This document shows, piece after piece, positions 1-11,600 of a DNA stretch of 64,000 nucleotides. The stretch is from IMG/VR virus record IMGVR_UViG_3300026442_000101; one strand, given 5' to 3'. The stretch's first letter is position 1, and every line of letters begins with the position of its first letter. This stretch comes from a virus. Its lineage: Duplodnaviria; Caudoviricetes. The notes under the pieces were generated by a model. That model searched no databases. It was not told where the DNA came from and worked only from the letters and a program-made list of their open reading frames with translations. Both the position numbers and the translations under genes were made by a program.

Positions 1-208
1 CAGGATCGTTCTCCATGTAGCGCATTGCCGACGCGGTGTCGTACAGCCAACCGCCATTACCAAAGGCGCCGAAAGCACCCAGGATAATTTCGCAGTAGCC
101 GTTGTCGAGTTTCTTGAGGATACCCTTCTTGCCGGAGCCAGCCAGTGCTACGTTGCTGTAGGACGTGACAGGACCACGGGGCGAGGAGTTTAAGGCTACC
201 TGGGCCAT
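1..208 (-). CDS. Prohead (head maturation) protease, phiKZ gp175-like; 5' part only, runs off the window
   Basis: Manual translation from ATG at 208 (AGGA upstream): MAQVALNSSPRGPVTSYSNVALAGSGKKGILKKLDNGYCEIILGAFGAFGNGGWLYD. This resembles the GKKGILK..GY.EIILGA N-terminus of gp175-family proteases, and it lies downstream of the vRNAP genes as in phiKZ/SPN3US. Confidence 0.7.
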   Translation of the reverse strand, partial: MAQVALNSSPRGPVTSYSNVALAGSGKKGILKKLDNGYCEIILGAFGAFGNGGWLYDTASAMRYMENDP

Positions 209-220
209 GATCGATGTTCC

Positions 221-943
221 TTATTGCCGCAACATCGACTCGAACCGTTCAGCACGATCGGACGGATTAGCCAAAGCAGAAGTCATGCCTGGGTCGTAAT
301 ACGAGCCACCGAGTTTTGCGGTCATGTTCGTGGAGCCGAAGCTCACGTTACGAAGTGCGATGAAGTACGGACGTTTGGTGTTGAGAGAAGCCTTGGCATT
401 AGGCACTTGACGGTAGTACCGGGTTGGGTCTTCAGGGTCGCGGCAAAGAGAAGACGCCACGTATTCCCAGATGGCCAAATCGGCCCCCAGTGTCACACCA
501 TTGTATTTGCCAGAGTTCTCGAACAGGCGTGGGATGTCCTCGTAGTCGTAGTACCACGGGATCCTGCCTTTACCGTACAGCTCCGTGTAGACACGGTGCG
601 GCAAGTTGTCGTTCACCACCGGGTCAGTCGACGCGATGATTTTCGAACCCTTGTCGTAATACAGCTCGATGTACCCAACGTCATCCACCACGGTCCGTCC
701 GATACGGTCAGGCTCTGTTCTGAGCATGCCGGTTACCATGGACGAAGCGTAATAGTTGTCTTCGGTGATAATGGCCATACAGCCGAGGATGTACGAGACA
801 TCCTCGATGACGGCTAGATCACGTTCAGCGAACCGCTCAGGAATTTGAATCCTGAGCGGCTCCAGGCAGACGAGGGTGGTGCCGACCTTTTTATAGGCAG
901 CGTCCACCCGGGACTTCGAGCGTTTGTATGCCGATGAAAGCAT
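221..943 (-). CDS. Conserved virion protein, phiKZ gp176/SPN3US gp244-like (candidate vRNAP-associated)
   Basis: 240 aa ORF with phage-like codon use, directly upstream of the protease. Assignment by synteny only. Confidence 0.55.
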   Translation of the reverse strand: MLSSAYKRSKSRVDAAYKKVGTTLVCLEPLRIQIPERFAERDLAVIEDVSYILGCMAIITEDNYYASSMVTGMLRTEPDRIGRTVVDDVGYIELYYDKGSKIIASTDPVVNDNLPHRVYTELYGKGRIPWYYDYEDIPRLFENSGKYNGVTLGADLAIWEYVASSLCRDPEDPTRYYRQVPNAKASLNTKRPYFIALRNVSFGSTNMTAKLGGSYYDPGMTSALANPSDRAERFESMLRQ

Positions 944-958
944 ATCTCACGCCCTCTA

Positions 959-2347
959 TCAGTGCGCAGCGACGCTCACGTTGATCTGCGAGGTTACCCA
1001 AGCGCAGAGGTATTTGAGCGTAGCCAGCGTGGCCACTTGGTTAGCCGGCAGGTTCGGCTGCTCTTTCTCGATGGTGAACATGATGTCCACGACACGAGCG
1101 GCGTCAGTGTGGGCGTACCACACGAGGCAGACGGCTGCCGAGATGACCATGACTGGATCATGCTGCTGGAACTGGTTCTTGTAGACCGCGTCGACGAAGT
1201 CACGCAGACGACCCCAGGCTTTGTCGTAGGTGTCGCCTTCAACGGTGAACTCACCGCATTCGGCCACGCACTTGATGTCGTCACGCAGGACGTTCTGAAC
1301 AGCAGCGCGCTCAGCTACTTTACGGTTCAGCTCATGAGCCGCCTGCCGACGAGCCTTGTCGCCTTCGTAAGCGGACAGCATTGCAGCCCGGGCTTCGGCG
1401 TCGTTCAGTTGAGCACCGCGGAACTTACGGCCGAGGATCTCGTTACCGATCAGCATTTCCAGGCTGAAGTCTTTGTCCAGCAGTTCGTTCCAGACTTCGC
1501 CGTTGACGCTGATGACACCGGCCTTGCCGCTACCGCTGACAGGATACAGCGAGAAGTTCTTGAAGGCGGTATCGGCGATACGGATCGCGCCCAGCGCACG
1601 GTGACCGGCGATGTTGGCGACCAGAGCACGGGCGTTGTTGTAGCTGGCAACGGTGGTCTGCAGGCCTTCCTTCGGCATCTCGATGTTCTTGACGATGATG
1701 GCCAGCGGCAAGACGTAGTCGGTAGGAAGTTTCTCAACATCCATACGGCCGTCCAGCACCTGGATCAGCAGGCCGACGCCTTCGCCGTTACGCGCTTCCA
1801 GCAGTTCGCGCATCGAGGAGTTGAAGTCGCCATCGTCGGTCAGCTTGGCCAGCGAGATCACTTCTTCAGGCGAGTAGTTGCCGAAGTTCTGAACGCCAGG
1901 CGAAGTAGCGCGAGGAGTGTTTTCCCACTGCTCGACGAACTCACGGCCGGGAGCCAGACGGTACACTTCAGGTACGTACTGGGCATCCAGGTCATAAGGC
2001 AGCGGCGCATTGGCCAGGCTGGCCATGGCAGTGGTGTACTTCTCGACGACCCGACGAATGTGCGGGTATACGGTATTGCGGGTGAAGTCCATGGTGCGGC
2101 GGACCGTACCGGATACCAGCTCGACGCTTTGCGCCATCAGCTGAGCATGCTCTTCACCGCGGCTGACGTTGACCAGATGGCTGGAGGTACCTTCGTAGGT
2201 AGCGCTCTCGGTGGAGAGGGCTACAGTTGGGCACTCGCGGCAGATCAGCGACAGAGGAGTGTCGGGGATTGGGGTCAGGGTTACGCCTTTACCGGCGTAC
2301 TCCTGGTTGATGCCGATAGCGGCGGCGATGGCATTCGGATCAAGCAT
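959..2347 (-). CDS. Virion head/inner-body protein, phiKZ gp177-like
   Basis: 462 aa ORF with GGAG RBS, between vRNAP beta and gp176-like. Contains ALSTES, a candidate S-x-E protease site, near the N-terminus. Confidence 0.6.
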   Translation of the reverse strand: MLDPNAIAAAIGINQEYAGKGVTLTPIPDTPLSLICRECPTVALSTESATYEGTSSHLVNVSRGEEHAQLMAQSVELVSGTVRRTMDFTRNTVYPHIRRVVEKYTTAMASLANAPLPYDLDAQYVPEVYRLAPGREFVEQWENTPRATSPGVQNFGNYSPEEVISLAKLTDDGDFNSSMRELLEARNGEGVGLLIQVLDGRMDVEKLPTDYVLPLAIIVKNIEMPKEGLQTTVASYNNARALVANIAGHRALGAIRIADTAFKNFSLYPVSGSGKAGVISVNGEVWNELLDKDFSLEMLIGNEILGRKFRGAQLNDAEARAAMLSAYEGDKARRQAAHELNRKVAERAAVQNVLRDDIKCVAECGEFTVEGDTYDKAWGRLRDFVDAVYKNQFQQHDPVMVISAAVCLVWYAHTDAARVVDIMFTIEKEQPNLPANQVATLATLKYLCAWVTSQINVSVAAH

Positions 2348-2531
2348 TGGTCTTCTCCGCCAGCGTTTTGTTGATGTAGGCAGCCGCCAGCACTTTGACC
2401 GACGCCTGGGTAACTTTGGCGCCGTCTACTTCAGCAGCGACGTCGTTACCAATCACGTTGAGGGCAACTTCGCTCACCAGCTGGATCGCGTTGGCGAGAA
2501 CCGGCAGGTTGTTCAATTCCGTGGGAGTCAT
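2340..2531 (-). CDS. Small hypothetical protein (63 aa)
   Basis: GAGGA RBS upstream; its end overlaps the start of the next gene by 8 nt; helical composition. Confidence 0.7.
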   Translation of the reverse strand: MTPTELNNLPVLANAIQLVSEVALNVIGNDVAAEVDGAKVTQASVKVLAAAYINKTLAEKTNA

Positions 2532-2559
2532 TTTCGACTTATCCTCGTGTGTACATACA

Positions 2560-2585
2560 GCCGCCTCGGGACTCCCCGAGGCGGC
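2560..2585 (-). terminator. GC-rich hairpin after vRNAP beta, followed on the - strand by TGTATG (late-promoter-like TATG)
   Basis: GCCGCCTCGGG-ACTC-CCCGAGGCGGC, a perfect 11 bp stem 15 nt past the stop codon. Confidence 0.6.
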
Positions 2586-2599
2586 GTTGGGTGGCTACA

Positions 2600-5500
2600 T
2601 CAGTCTTCGCCGAAATACATGTCGTAGGCTTCCTCACCCAAGTAACGGAGCAAGGTGTTCGTACTACCGATGACGAACGGGCTGGTCACGATACGGTCGA
2701 TGCAAGATTTGGCACCAAAGATCGCGTCAATGGTTTCATCACTTTCCAACGTCCGGGTATTACCGAAGAGGATCTCACCAACGGTGGACTTCATCTGGTT
2801 AGCGAACACGAGCTTATCGCCCACGCCCATTGCAACCGGGGTGGTGATGAAGACCATGATGATCGCTTGACCAGGCTCTAGGGTGTGACCGTCAATCCGC
2901 ACCGATCGTGGAACTTGACCAGTGACGTATTCCTCGCCAAGACGCTTGGCGCTGCGGCGACGGTTCTTTTCAGAAACCGCCACGATCCCTTGCAGGGATT
3001 CGGACATGTCATCGATGTCACCGTTATAGTAGACTTCGATCTTCGCGACAGTACCGACGGCTTTAGCGCGTGGAGACATGGCGGACCAGTTTCTCAGAGT
3101 CTCGCGAGTAGCGTCGTCATACAGCCCAGTGTCTGCAGTGATCGCGCCCTCGATCGTGCATAGAATTGTATCAAGGTCTACCTTATCGCCGACCTTAACC
3201 AAGTCGTGGATACCCTCACGGAAGTCCACTTGCACTGTCTTAGGCTTAGACACCATGGTCGACATCCGCTCAGCAAACTGCACTGCGAGGGAGCTCGAGT
3301 CTTCTACGGTGTACGTGGCTTCACGCAGAGCGATCTTACCAACGCAACCAGTCATGTAGTCGACACGATTCTTATCGAACACGCTAGGCTTGAAGAAACC
3401 GGAGTTGTAGGTGATTACGTCAAACTTGCTGACTTTGTCACCCTGCTTCAACATCGTAACCAGTTGGTGAGGATAGGTGGAACCCTCAGCCGTCGTATGG
3501 GTCAGACCCAACGGTAGACGAGCGACCTTACCGTTCTTATACGTAACCACGATGTGGTCATCGCCAAGTTCGGTCACTTCACCGTCGTCGTCAGCTACCG
3601 AGGCAAACGCAGAGCTCATGCGAGATGCGATGACACGCTCCATGCCGGTACGAACTGCCTGAACTTCAGCACCACTTACCGAGATACCGTGACCGTGCTG
3701 TACGTTGGTGAAGTTGACACGTTTAGGGTCGTCGCCGTCAGATGCAAAGCTCAAGAGAGCTGCAGTCGACATGATGGACGATGCACCGTCACGTTTCTCA
3801 TCGTACAGACGAACAGTGCCGCGAGCACTGGTGATGTTGGAGTTAGGCGACAGGTAAGTGATGATCGCCACGTCACCCGAGTCAACCGTACCTTCGGAGA
3901 TGAAGCCCATGTCCTCGTCAGTGAACAGACGAGTATTGGCCACCATCGCACGACGGCTTCGACCGCCACGACCACCGAACGTAATTACTTCACGCTCACG
4001 CAGGCTGTGGATCGGGTTGATGTTGTTCACAGGCGCCGAGGTCGGATCCTGCACGATCATGTTGGTCGGATCGTTCGGGTTGATCTGGATCGAAGAACGG
4101 CCGGTTGCGATACGCGCGTTGTACGAACGCATTGCCTTGGACAGAGTCTCGTAAACGATACCCGCCACCCGCTCATAACCCCGCACCCGCTCCAGGCCCT
4201 CGACGATCTTGTCCTTATCGTCACGACGGGTCTTGACCACCTTGTTCACGAGCATCTCCACTGCGCGTAGCAGAAGCTCAGTAAACACTGTCGGCTCTTT
4301 CATCCACTTGAGCAGATCTTCGGTGATCGGATCGATGAAGAAGATGTTCATCGAATCCAGTTCGGCCAGATACCGGCTGCCTGTACCGTCGTTGTTCAGA
4401 ACAGCGCCGTAGACATCCTTCTCTTCGAACAGACCGATCTCGTAATTCTTGATGATGTTCTCGTAGCGATTGAAGCCACTCATCAGCATGTTGACAAACA
4501 TGTCCCCACGCTTGAACACCAACGACTCATCCTTGAATCGAACCACGAACTCGTCAGACTGAGGATTGATCTTCTCACCAATCAGCACACGGCGAGGTTT
4601 CACCTTCAGCGTCTTGAGCAGACCTTCCAGACCCAACAGGTACGCCAGCGAGAAGCCGACCGGCAGAACCTTCGAGTAGATCTTCATCTCGGCCATCGAG
4701 GTCGGCGCTGACAGCGGATCGATTTGCAGACCGCACAGCGTTTCGATAGTACCGATGTCCTCGAGATTACCACCTTGCTCGTCCATGACGATCTGGTAGA
4801 TCATGCCGTTCGGATCCATCACCAACGCACCGACCTTCGAACGACCTACGAGCACCCACCCCTTCTTCTCGTACTTAAGCTCAGCATCGTCGAACTTCAT
4901 CTTCTCGACACGGCGCTTGTAATCGAAGTACAGGTCGAGCTTGTCGACGGTGAACGAAGTGATCTGTTCGGCCAACGTTGCGTACATCAGCGGAACATCC
5001 GCTTTGTAGTTGGTCGAGTCAGACAGCACAGCGTTGGAGATGTGCGGATCATCACGGTCCTGGCACTTAAGCACCAGTTGATCGAGGATCCAGTTGTTGT
5101 AGCTGAACTTCTTACGGCTCGAACGCTCCACCATGATCTTGGCGTAGTACGAGGACAGCGCCACACGGTCAGGCGACACCTTACGAATCGGCAAGTCCGA
5201 CCGCTGCTTACGCATGCGGTAGTTGGTACCGTTGTAGAGGAACGTGCCGTCTTCCTTGATCACAGGGATCGGGATGCGTACGGTCGAGGACACACCGACA
5301 GCTGGGGTGAATTTCACGATGTGGGTCTCACGATCGTTCACCGCGTCAGTGTAGCGGTCCACCGAATAGCCGGTGATGGAAACCGCCCCGCGCTGCATGG
5401 AGCTTACGCAACGCATGATGTCCTTCTTCAAGACCTTGGTGATGTACTGACGTTCCATCGCATCGACGCGGGACAATGCCAGCGACTTATCGAGGACCAC

Positions 5501-6925
5501 GTCGTCGTTGGTCAACTGGTCGGGCTCAATGAGCACGTCCTTGTCATCCAACTGCATCGCCTCTTCGAACGTACCTTCGCCACCGTAAGGGTTTGGCAAG
5601 GACTTGTATACGTCAGACAGACGGACCAGACGACGGTGTTCGCCAGGAGTCAGCAGACCCTTACCGGCCAGTTCATCGGCCTTCTGGATAACCGCCTCGC
5701 CTTCCTTCGCAGGAACCCCACGCTGACTGAGCGCGTCGATGTCGATGGTCTTGACGTCAATGGAATCACCATCTTCATCAACCATCTCAACATCGGCGAA
5801 CGAGTCCTTGAGCCTATCCAGTTCCTCGAGCTCTTTCTCAAGAGCCGCGAGTTCGGCATCGTCGTCAAGCAACTCTTCCGACACGAGGTTCTGGTCCTCG
5901 TCACCCACGCCAAAGTCAAGGTTATCGAGAGCAGCCTCATCGATAGTCTCAACAGTCACCTCAGGTTCGGCAACCACGGCTGCGGCCGTCTCGGTAGCGA
6001 TCGGGGAGGTGGCTTGGTGGATCAGCGTCAAAAGCTTCAGCACGCGCAGGCTGAACATCACCGGATCGAGACCCTTAGCCGCAGCCTTTTGCGCAGCCTT
6101 GAGCTCTTTCTTCTCTTCCTCGGTGAGGTTCGGATCCTTCTCGTCGAACTCGATCTTCTCGGAGCGCATGGCGTTCAGCCAGCCGAGGTTGATCACAACC
6201 CAGCCGTTCAAACGACGTACGATCAAATTGACCTTGTCGTAGTGCGCAGGATCGATGATGTTCATCAAACTGTTCTGGCGTTTCTCACCAGCCCAGATGA
6301 AGAGATCAGCCACCGCCTTGAGTTCCGGAGTACGGAACTTGGCAAGCGTATTCTGATCCTGACGGTCACGATACTCACGCAGGTTACCCAGCGCAGGCAT
6401 CACGTTCGGCAGGTTGATCTCGATGAACTGTTGACGACGAGATTCAGCACCGTACTTGTTGACGTTGCTGTATACCTCAGCCATCACGTTGCGCCACATG
6501 TACCAGCTGGCGCGGAACGACATCGGGTACTTGACCAGATGGGAGAGCATCGAGTAGTTGATCACTACAGTCGAACGATCATCGCGCTCCAGCCGGTCGA
6601 TACGGCGCAGCGGACGGAACGCCCGGTTACGACGACGCCAGTCAGTCACCATCATGTCTGCGTTGCTGAAGGTTTTCTGCGGGTTACCTACCGGATCGGT
6701 ATACCGGGTGAGGTTGTCCACGTAAACCAGCGCATTGCTGTTGAGGAAGATCTGATCCGACGCCTGCGGTCCGACAGTAACACCGTCGACCGTCACGTAA
6801 TGCAGGATCGAGAACTTCGGTAGTTGGAGACGGGCCAGCGGATAGACCACCGGCGCCGTGAAGTGAGTGTTACGGAATAGAGTGAACCGCAGTTTGTATT
6901 GCGGCAGCTGGAGCATTTCGGACAT
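2600..6925 (-). CDS. rpoB: Virion RNA polymerase beta-like subunit, major fragment (phiKZ gp178-like)
   Basis: About 1440 aa (ATG 6925; ORF open to 6931). Beta motifs: PIRKV, GFISEGTVDSGDV, DDPKRVNFTNVQHGHGI (DD.NRA.M..NMQRQA equivalent), VRTGMERVI, GVGDKLVFANQMKSTV (GDK..GRHGNKGVV equivalent). Confidence 0.92.
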   Translation of the reverse strand: MSEMLQLPQYKLRFTLFRNTHFTAPVVYPLARLQLPKFSILHYVTVDGVTVGPQASDQIFLNSNALVYVDNLTRYTDPVGNPQKTFSNADMMVTDWRRRNRAFRPLRRIDRLERDDRSTVVINYSMLSHLVKYPMSFRASWYMWRNVMAEVYSNVNKYGAESRRQQFIEINLPNVMPALGNLREYRDRQDQNTLAKFRTPELKAVADLFIWAGEKRQNSLMNIIDPAHYDKVNLIVRRLNGWVVINLGWLNAMRSEKIEFDEKDPNLTEEEKKELKAAQKAAAKGLDPVMFSLRVLKLLTLIHQATSPIATETAAAVVAEPEVTVETIDEAALDNLDFGVGDEDQNLVSEELLDDDAELAALEKELEELDRLKDSFADVEMVDEDGDSIDVKTIDIDALSQRGVPAKEGEAVIQKADELAGKGLLTPGEHRRLVRLSDVYKSLPNPYGGEGTFEEAMQLDDKDVLIEPDQLTNDDVVLDKSLALSRVDAMERQYITKVLKKDIMRCVSSMQRGAVSITGYSVDRYTDAVNDRETHIVKFTPAVGVSSTVRIPIPVIKEDGTFLYNGTNYRMRKQRSDLPIRKVSPDRVALSSYYAKIMVERSSRKKFSYNNWILDQLVLKCQDRDDPHISNAVLSDSTNYKADVPLMYATLAEQITSFTVDKLDLYFDYKRRVEKMKFDDAELKYEKKGWVLVGRSKVGALVMDPNGMIYQIVMDEQGGNLEDIGTIETLCGLQIDPLSAPTSMAEMKIYSKVLPVGFSLAYLLGLEGLLKTLKVKPRRVLIGEKINPQSDEFVVRFKDESLVFKRGDMFVNMLMSGFNRYENIIKNYEIGLFEEKDVYGAVLNNDGTGSRYLAELDSMNIFFIDPITEDLLKWMKEPTVFTELLLRAVEMLVNKVVKTRRDDKDKIVEGLERVRGYERVAGIVYETLSKAMRSYNARIATGRSSIQINPNDPTNMIVQDPTSAPVNNINPIHSLREREVITFGGRGGRSRRAMVANTRLFTDEDMGFISEGTVDSGDVAIITYLSPNSNITSARGTVRLYDEKRDGASSIMSTAALLSFASDGDDPKRVNFTNVQHGHGISVSGAEVQAVRTGMERVIASRMSSAFASVADDDGEVTELGDDHIVVTYKNGKVARLPLGLTHTTAEGSTYPHQLVTMLKQGDKVSKFDVITYNSGFFKPSVFDKNRVDYMTGCVGKIALREATYTVEDSSSLAVQFAERMSTMVSKPKTVQVDFREGIHDLVKVGDKVDLDTILCTIEGAITADTGLYDDATRETLRNWSAMSPRAKAVGTVAKIEVYYNGDIDDMSESLQGIVAVSEKNRRRSAKRLGEEYVTGQVPRSVRIDGHTLEPGQAIIMVFITTPVAMGVGDKLVFANQMKSTVGEILFGNTRTLESDETIDAIFGAKSCIDRIVTSPFVIGSTNTLLRYLGEEAYDMYFGED

Positions 6926-8543
6926 GGTCAAATCGTCCCGTCAGGTTGCGGATGACAAGTTCGGAGGTGTCGTAAACAACACTTGCCCGAGGTTCGCCAG
7001 ATGGGGTTACCCACGCAGCACGGGTCTTCAGGTAATTCGCCGTTTCCTCCAGCGATTCCTTCACCATGATGGTGGTAGCAGAACCGGTGTCGCCGTCGAA
7101 GTCGGCACCCAGGCCGCCCAGCCGGGACGGGTGAGGGGATTCGGAGTCGTGGTACGTGGTCAGCCCAAACTTCGGGAATTCCACAGCCAGGAATTGATCA
7201 TCGCCTTCCACGACCTGCCAGTTCTCATCGAGCTCACGACGGATCTCACCAACAGAGGTGGACTTGACGTAGAGTCGGGATGGGTAGGTCGAGTCGTCAC
7301 CAGTAATCGGGTAACGAACGATGTCGGTGAAGTAGTTACTCCACTTGCTGTAGCCGCAGAGGTAGAGGAGCTCCATCAACGTCATCGGGTGGACGGCTTC
7401 TTTATCGAACCCAGCTGGCAGCTCAGTGATGTCGTCAAACACCTTGAACGTACCATCGCCCAGATAAACGAGGGACAGATAACAGCCCGCGATCTCGATC
7501 GGACGATGCCGCGCCTCGATGTCGGTCAGCGTGTTGATTACATCACGCAGGCCGTCTTCGGTAGTCCAGCGGTCACGCTCGTGAGGAGGTAGAGCGGTCC
7601 ACTCTTGACGCAGCGTCTTCTTGTTGACCAGCGGGACGTCACCCTCACCAGAAGTCACCACCTTAGCGAGGTAGCCGTTACGCAGCCAGTGGATAACCAA
7701 TGGAGCGACGGACACGGCAGCCTGATAGACGCCCAGCACAGAACTGTCAAAGCTCGGCACGTTAGGACTATCGAGGTGGGTGCCCGAGGTGTTCATCGAG
7801 GTCAGTACGTTACGGGTACCTTCACGGACACGGCGAGACGCCCACTTGTCTTTGAGGAAACCGTCCTTACCGCCCTGGATACCTTCGAGGTATTTGTAGA
7901 GCTGGTTGATCACGTTCTGCATCGAGTTACGCACGGAATCGTAAACCGGCGATTCCATGTCGCTGGATTTGGTGATGGTCTTACTGATTGCCAGCACCTT
8001 CCAGTAGATCTCGTTGATCTCGTGCTTGGTAGGTCGGCCATCGTCACCAACCTCAACGTCACGCAAGCCAGCAGGCATAACGACGAGGTTCTTCATGGTC
8101 CAACGATGACGCCAGCGCTCGAGGAACTTGATTCGCTCGTTACGTGCCGGAGACTTGTTGGTACGCAGGATCAACTGATCCAGATGGCGCATGAAGAACG
8201 CATAGCCACTTTCGGCATCTTCTTCAACGCTGGCAACGAAGTCGCCCAGGACCTTATCGAACTTGGCGGTCTTCGAACCTTCCAGGATGTTCTTGTAAAG
8301 CTCACGCATCCCGATCAGGTCGCGATAGACCTTAGGATGGATGATTCTGACCACGAGGTCAATCTTGCCGTAAACCTCATCGCGCTCGGGAGAACCCACC
8401 ACGCCGAAGATCCGTGTAGAGAACAGACCGTCATCGTGGAAATCAGTAGTTGCGCCTTCGAAGATGTCGAGACGATCGATCCTGGCAATATGCTTAAGAT
8501 CGGCATCCTCGGCATGCAGGATCCAGAGAAGCGCAGGTAACAT
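6870..8543 (-). CDS. rpoC: Virion RNA polymerase beta-prime-like subunit, N-terminal fragment (phiKZ gp180-like)
   Basis: Catalytic GADFDGD motif, VVMPAGLRDV, GFLKDKWASRRV, IVRYPI. Likely ATG 8543 (ORF open to 8564). Overlaps the start of the beta gene. Confidence 0.93.
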   Translation of the reverse strand: MLPALLWILHAEDADLKHIARIDRLDIFEGATTDFHDDGLFSTRIFGVVGSPERDEVYGKIDLVVRIIHPKVYRDLIGMRELYKNILEGSKTAKFDKVLGDFVASVEEDAESGYAFFMRHLDQLILRTNKSPARNERIKFLERWRHRWTMKNLVVMPAGLRDVEVGDDGRPTKHEINEIYWKVLAISKTITKSSDMESPVYDSVRNSMQNVINQLYKYLEGIQGGKDGFLKDKWASRRVREGTRNVLTSMNTSGTHLDSPNVPSFDSSVLGVYQAAVSVAPLVIHWLRNGYLAKVVTSGEGDVPLVNKKTLRQEWTALPPHERDRWTTEDGLRDVINTLTDIEARHRPIEIAGCYLSLVYLGDGTFKVFDDITELPAGFDKEAVHPMTLMELLYLCGYSKWSNYFTDIVRYPITGDDSTYPSRLYVKSTSVGEIRRELDENWQVVEGDDQFLAVEFPKFGLTTYHDSESPHPSRLGGLGADFDGDTGSATTIMVKESLEETANYLKTRAAWVTPSGEPRASVVYDTSELVIRNLTGRFDHVRNAPAAAIQTAVHSIP

Positions 8544-8582
8544 GTCTGGTTGCACGACATTCACCTCGTAGGAACAAAGTTG

Positions 8583-8586
8583 TATG
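8583..8586 (+). promoter_or_regulatory. Possible late-promoter TATG upstream of the tape-measure gene
   Basis: TGTATGAAC 33 nt before the ATG. TATG is the known phiKZ late-promoter core, but a 4-mer is weak evidence. Confidence 0.3.
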
Positions 8587-8618
8587 AACTAAAGGCTCCC
8601 TATATAGAGAGACTCGGT

Positions 8619-11600
8619 ATGGCCAGTAAAGACGAAGTCAACTTCGGTGATGGTGACCTCGACGATCTGGACTTTGGCGATCTGAACTTCGACTCGTCGG
8701 ACGACCCATTTGCTGAAGCCAAAGATAATCGAAAACCCATCGAACATTTTAAGGAAGCCGTTAAGCAGTCCGCTAAGAACAAGCTGACTGACACTGGTTT
8801 CCTCCGGCGCGTGCTCTCCAAAGCATTGCCGAAAGGTTACGTCCAGGCCCTGGGTGCATACGATGCGTTAGATCAAGGCATCGAGCAGATCATGAAGGAC
8901 AATCAGGCGGAATTGAATCCGTACCTGGTTGGGATGAAGCGCAAGTTCGATCTGATGAACCCGAACCTGCGTCGCCTGGTACCCCGAAGCATCCGTGAAG
9001 CTGCGGACATGGCTTCGGACAGAAGCGAATCGTCGAGCTCTCACAGCAGCCCAGACGAACTGACCATGAACATCCAGGGCCTCGATGGCCTGTTCAAGGC
9101 TCAGGCTGATGATCGCATCCGCGGTGAATTCCGCGACGCTGTAAAAGACACCCGTGACCAGAAGCGCTTCAAAGCGCAGATGTCCGTGGACATGGCAGCG
9201 GCAAAGGGTATCGGCCGTCTGGTCGGGTACCAAGACAACATCCTCATCAACTATCACCGTAAGCATCTGGAGCTGAGCTATCGTCAGCTGGATGTGAACG
9301 TGCGGATGTTGAAGGCTTCGAGTGAGTTCTACCACGAAGCTTCGGGTCTGTTGAAAGCCATCGGTAAGAACACCGGTCTGCCTGACTTTGTCAAGATGCG
9401 CACCACTGAGGTGGTCGAGCAGCAGATGAAACAGAAACTGGCACAGGCCGCGTTTGGCGGTGCAGCCGGTTATGCTCAGAAGATGTTCAAGGGCATCACG
9501 ACGAACGCTTCCGAAATGCTGGGTCAGGGCCTGGAGTTCCATTCGCAGCTTAAGTCTGCTGAGGACTTTGGTCGCACCAAGGCTCAGATGGCTGGTTCCA
9601 TCTTAGGTACGCTTGCTGGCGATCAGCTTGGTGAGTGGGGCGAAGACCTCGCTGGCCGTGGGGCTGAATACATCAAGCCGCTGCTTGAGCGTTTCGGTTT
9701 CGTAAAACAGACTGATAACTTCCTGCGTCGTAACCTGACCGGGATCCCTCAACGAATCAACGAGTGGGCGAAAAGTGACACCGACTATGATTCCAAAACC
9801 GGCCTCGCTCAAGCGAGTCTTAAGGCTCTGCTTGACACTCACAGCACTTCATCGTCCATCTCCGGTCGGAGTATTGACGAGCTCGACAAGCCTGCGCTCT
9901 TTGACGATCTGTTCCACAAAACCGTCACCGAGATCCTCCCTGCCCAACTGGCCAGCATTGACCGCTGGGTAAAGACCATTGCAACTGGCGAGGATCAGGA
10001 AGAGACCGCGTGGAGTCACTATACCGGTAGTTTGGTCAAACGTTCGACGCTGAACCAACAGCACTTGAAGATCGCGCTCAAAGGTGCAGGCTCCAGTCTC
10101 CGTTATACGGTGGACAGCATCCTCACCGAGATGGACGCTAACCAGTTGACTCCTGAGGCTCGCCGCGCATTGCGCGTTAAGCTGATGCGGGATCTGGCTG
10201 ACGCTAACGACTTCAAGCCTGAGCGGTACGTCAAAGAAGAGGTGTGGAAAAACGTAGATCCGTCGGTAGCTAAAGAGATCATTGATTTCTTCGCCGATCG
10301 GTTTGCGCTGAACCGAGAAACGGGCGAGCACAGCCGTGACGAGGAACAGACCACGTACTACAACGACGTGCGCGACAAGTTCATCGGTGCCCAGAGCGGC
10401 CTGCCGGACATCACCACCCGCATGGACATCATGTCCAAGGTAGTGGGTCGTCGTACTTGGCGTGAGCTTGGCCTGACTGACTGGGATGGTCAGGACAGTG
10501 ACCGTATCCGTCTGGATGAACTTTTCGATAAGCTGGTTAACGAGGCTGAAGAGAAGGACCTTACCAAGAAGGACGAGAAGAAGCTCAGCGCCAAGGAACG
10601 TGCCAAGAAGCGGTTCGAAGAAGAGCAGAAGAAGAAGCGTGAATCTGAAGGCGTCTATGACGTTGATGACGATCGCGACCTTCGCGGCAAGTTTGGCCCA
10701 CGTCCCGATTCGAAAGGTCCACAGCCTTACGTGTGGGCTCCGGGGATGAGTCCTCCGTCTGCTCCAGGTCCGGTTACCGTTAAGGTCACTGCTCCGGAGA
10801 TGTACAAGACTGCTGATGAGGAAACTCACAAACGTCTGGACGCTCTGATCGAACTGGCGACCGCGCTCGCGGACGGTAACGGCAAGCTCAACGAGAATAC
10901 CTTCCTTGGCGTTGAGTACCTCGACCTGATCGCATCGCTCATGCAGTCTCAAGGTCAGGGCGGCGAAGATGGTGAAGGTGGTCCTGCTCCTACCCCTGGT
11001 CCTGGTGGTTCCCGTAGGATCACTCTGGGCGGTATCTTGGGCTGGGGCGCTAAGACAGGCTACAAGGCCGCCAGAGGCGCTGCTAAAGGCTTTGCAGCGT
11101 ACACCAAGTTCGCCTACGGCACTATCTTCAAAGGCCTGAACTTCGCCCGTAAGGCTGCCTGGGGAGCTGCTAAGTTCCCGTTCAAGCGTCTCGATGGGTT
11201 TGGTGTATCCGACATCCACGTCATGGGCGAGCCTGAACCGAGCTTGCTCGCTAAGGGTATCCGTAACGGCTGGTACTTCGACGTAGCCACCAAGAAAGTC
11301 ATTCAGTCCATCGATGACATCACTGGCGAGGTCAAGGACCGTGATGGCAACATCGTCCTGACTGCGGAAGAGTTCGCCAAAGGCTTGATGAACGGCCGCG
11401 GCGAAACCATCGCTGGTCGCGCTGGACGTATCGGTGCCAAGCTGACTGGTCTTGCAGCTAAAGGCCTGGCTGGATACTTCGGGTTCACCTACGGCATGAT
11501 CTGGAAAGGCGTCAAGAAGGTAGCTGAGATTGCAGTAGATCAGTTCACCCAATTCGATGCTTACTTCCCTGGGGATGAAGAACCGCGCATCCGCAGCAAG

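Noticed and set aside
2600-8564. Possible introns, inteins or homing endonucleases in the RNAP genes, as occur in some jumbo phages
   Set aside because: Both ORFs are continuous and of expected size, overlap each other directly, and show no intein C...HN junctions or HNH/LAGLIDADG motifs.
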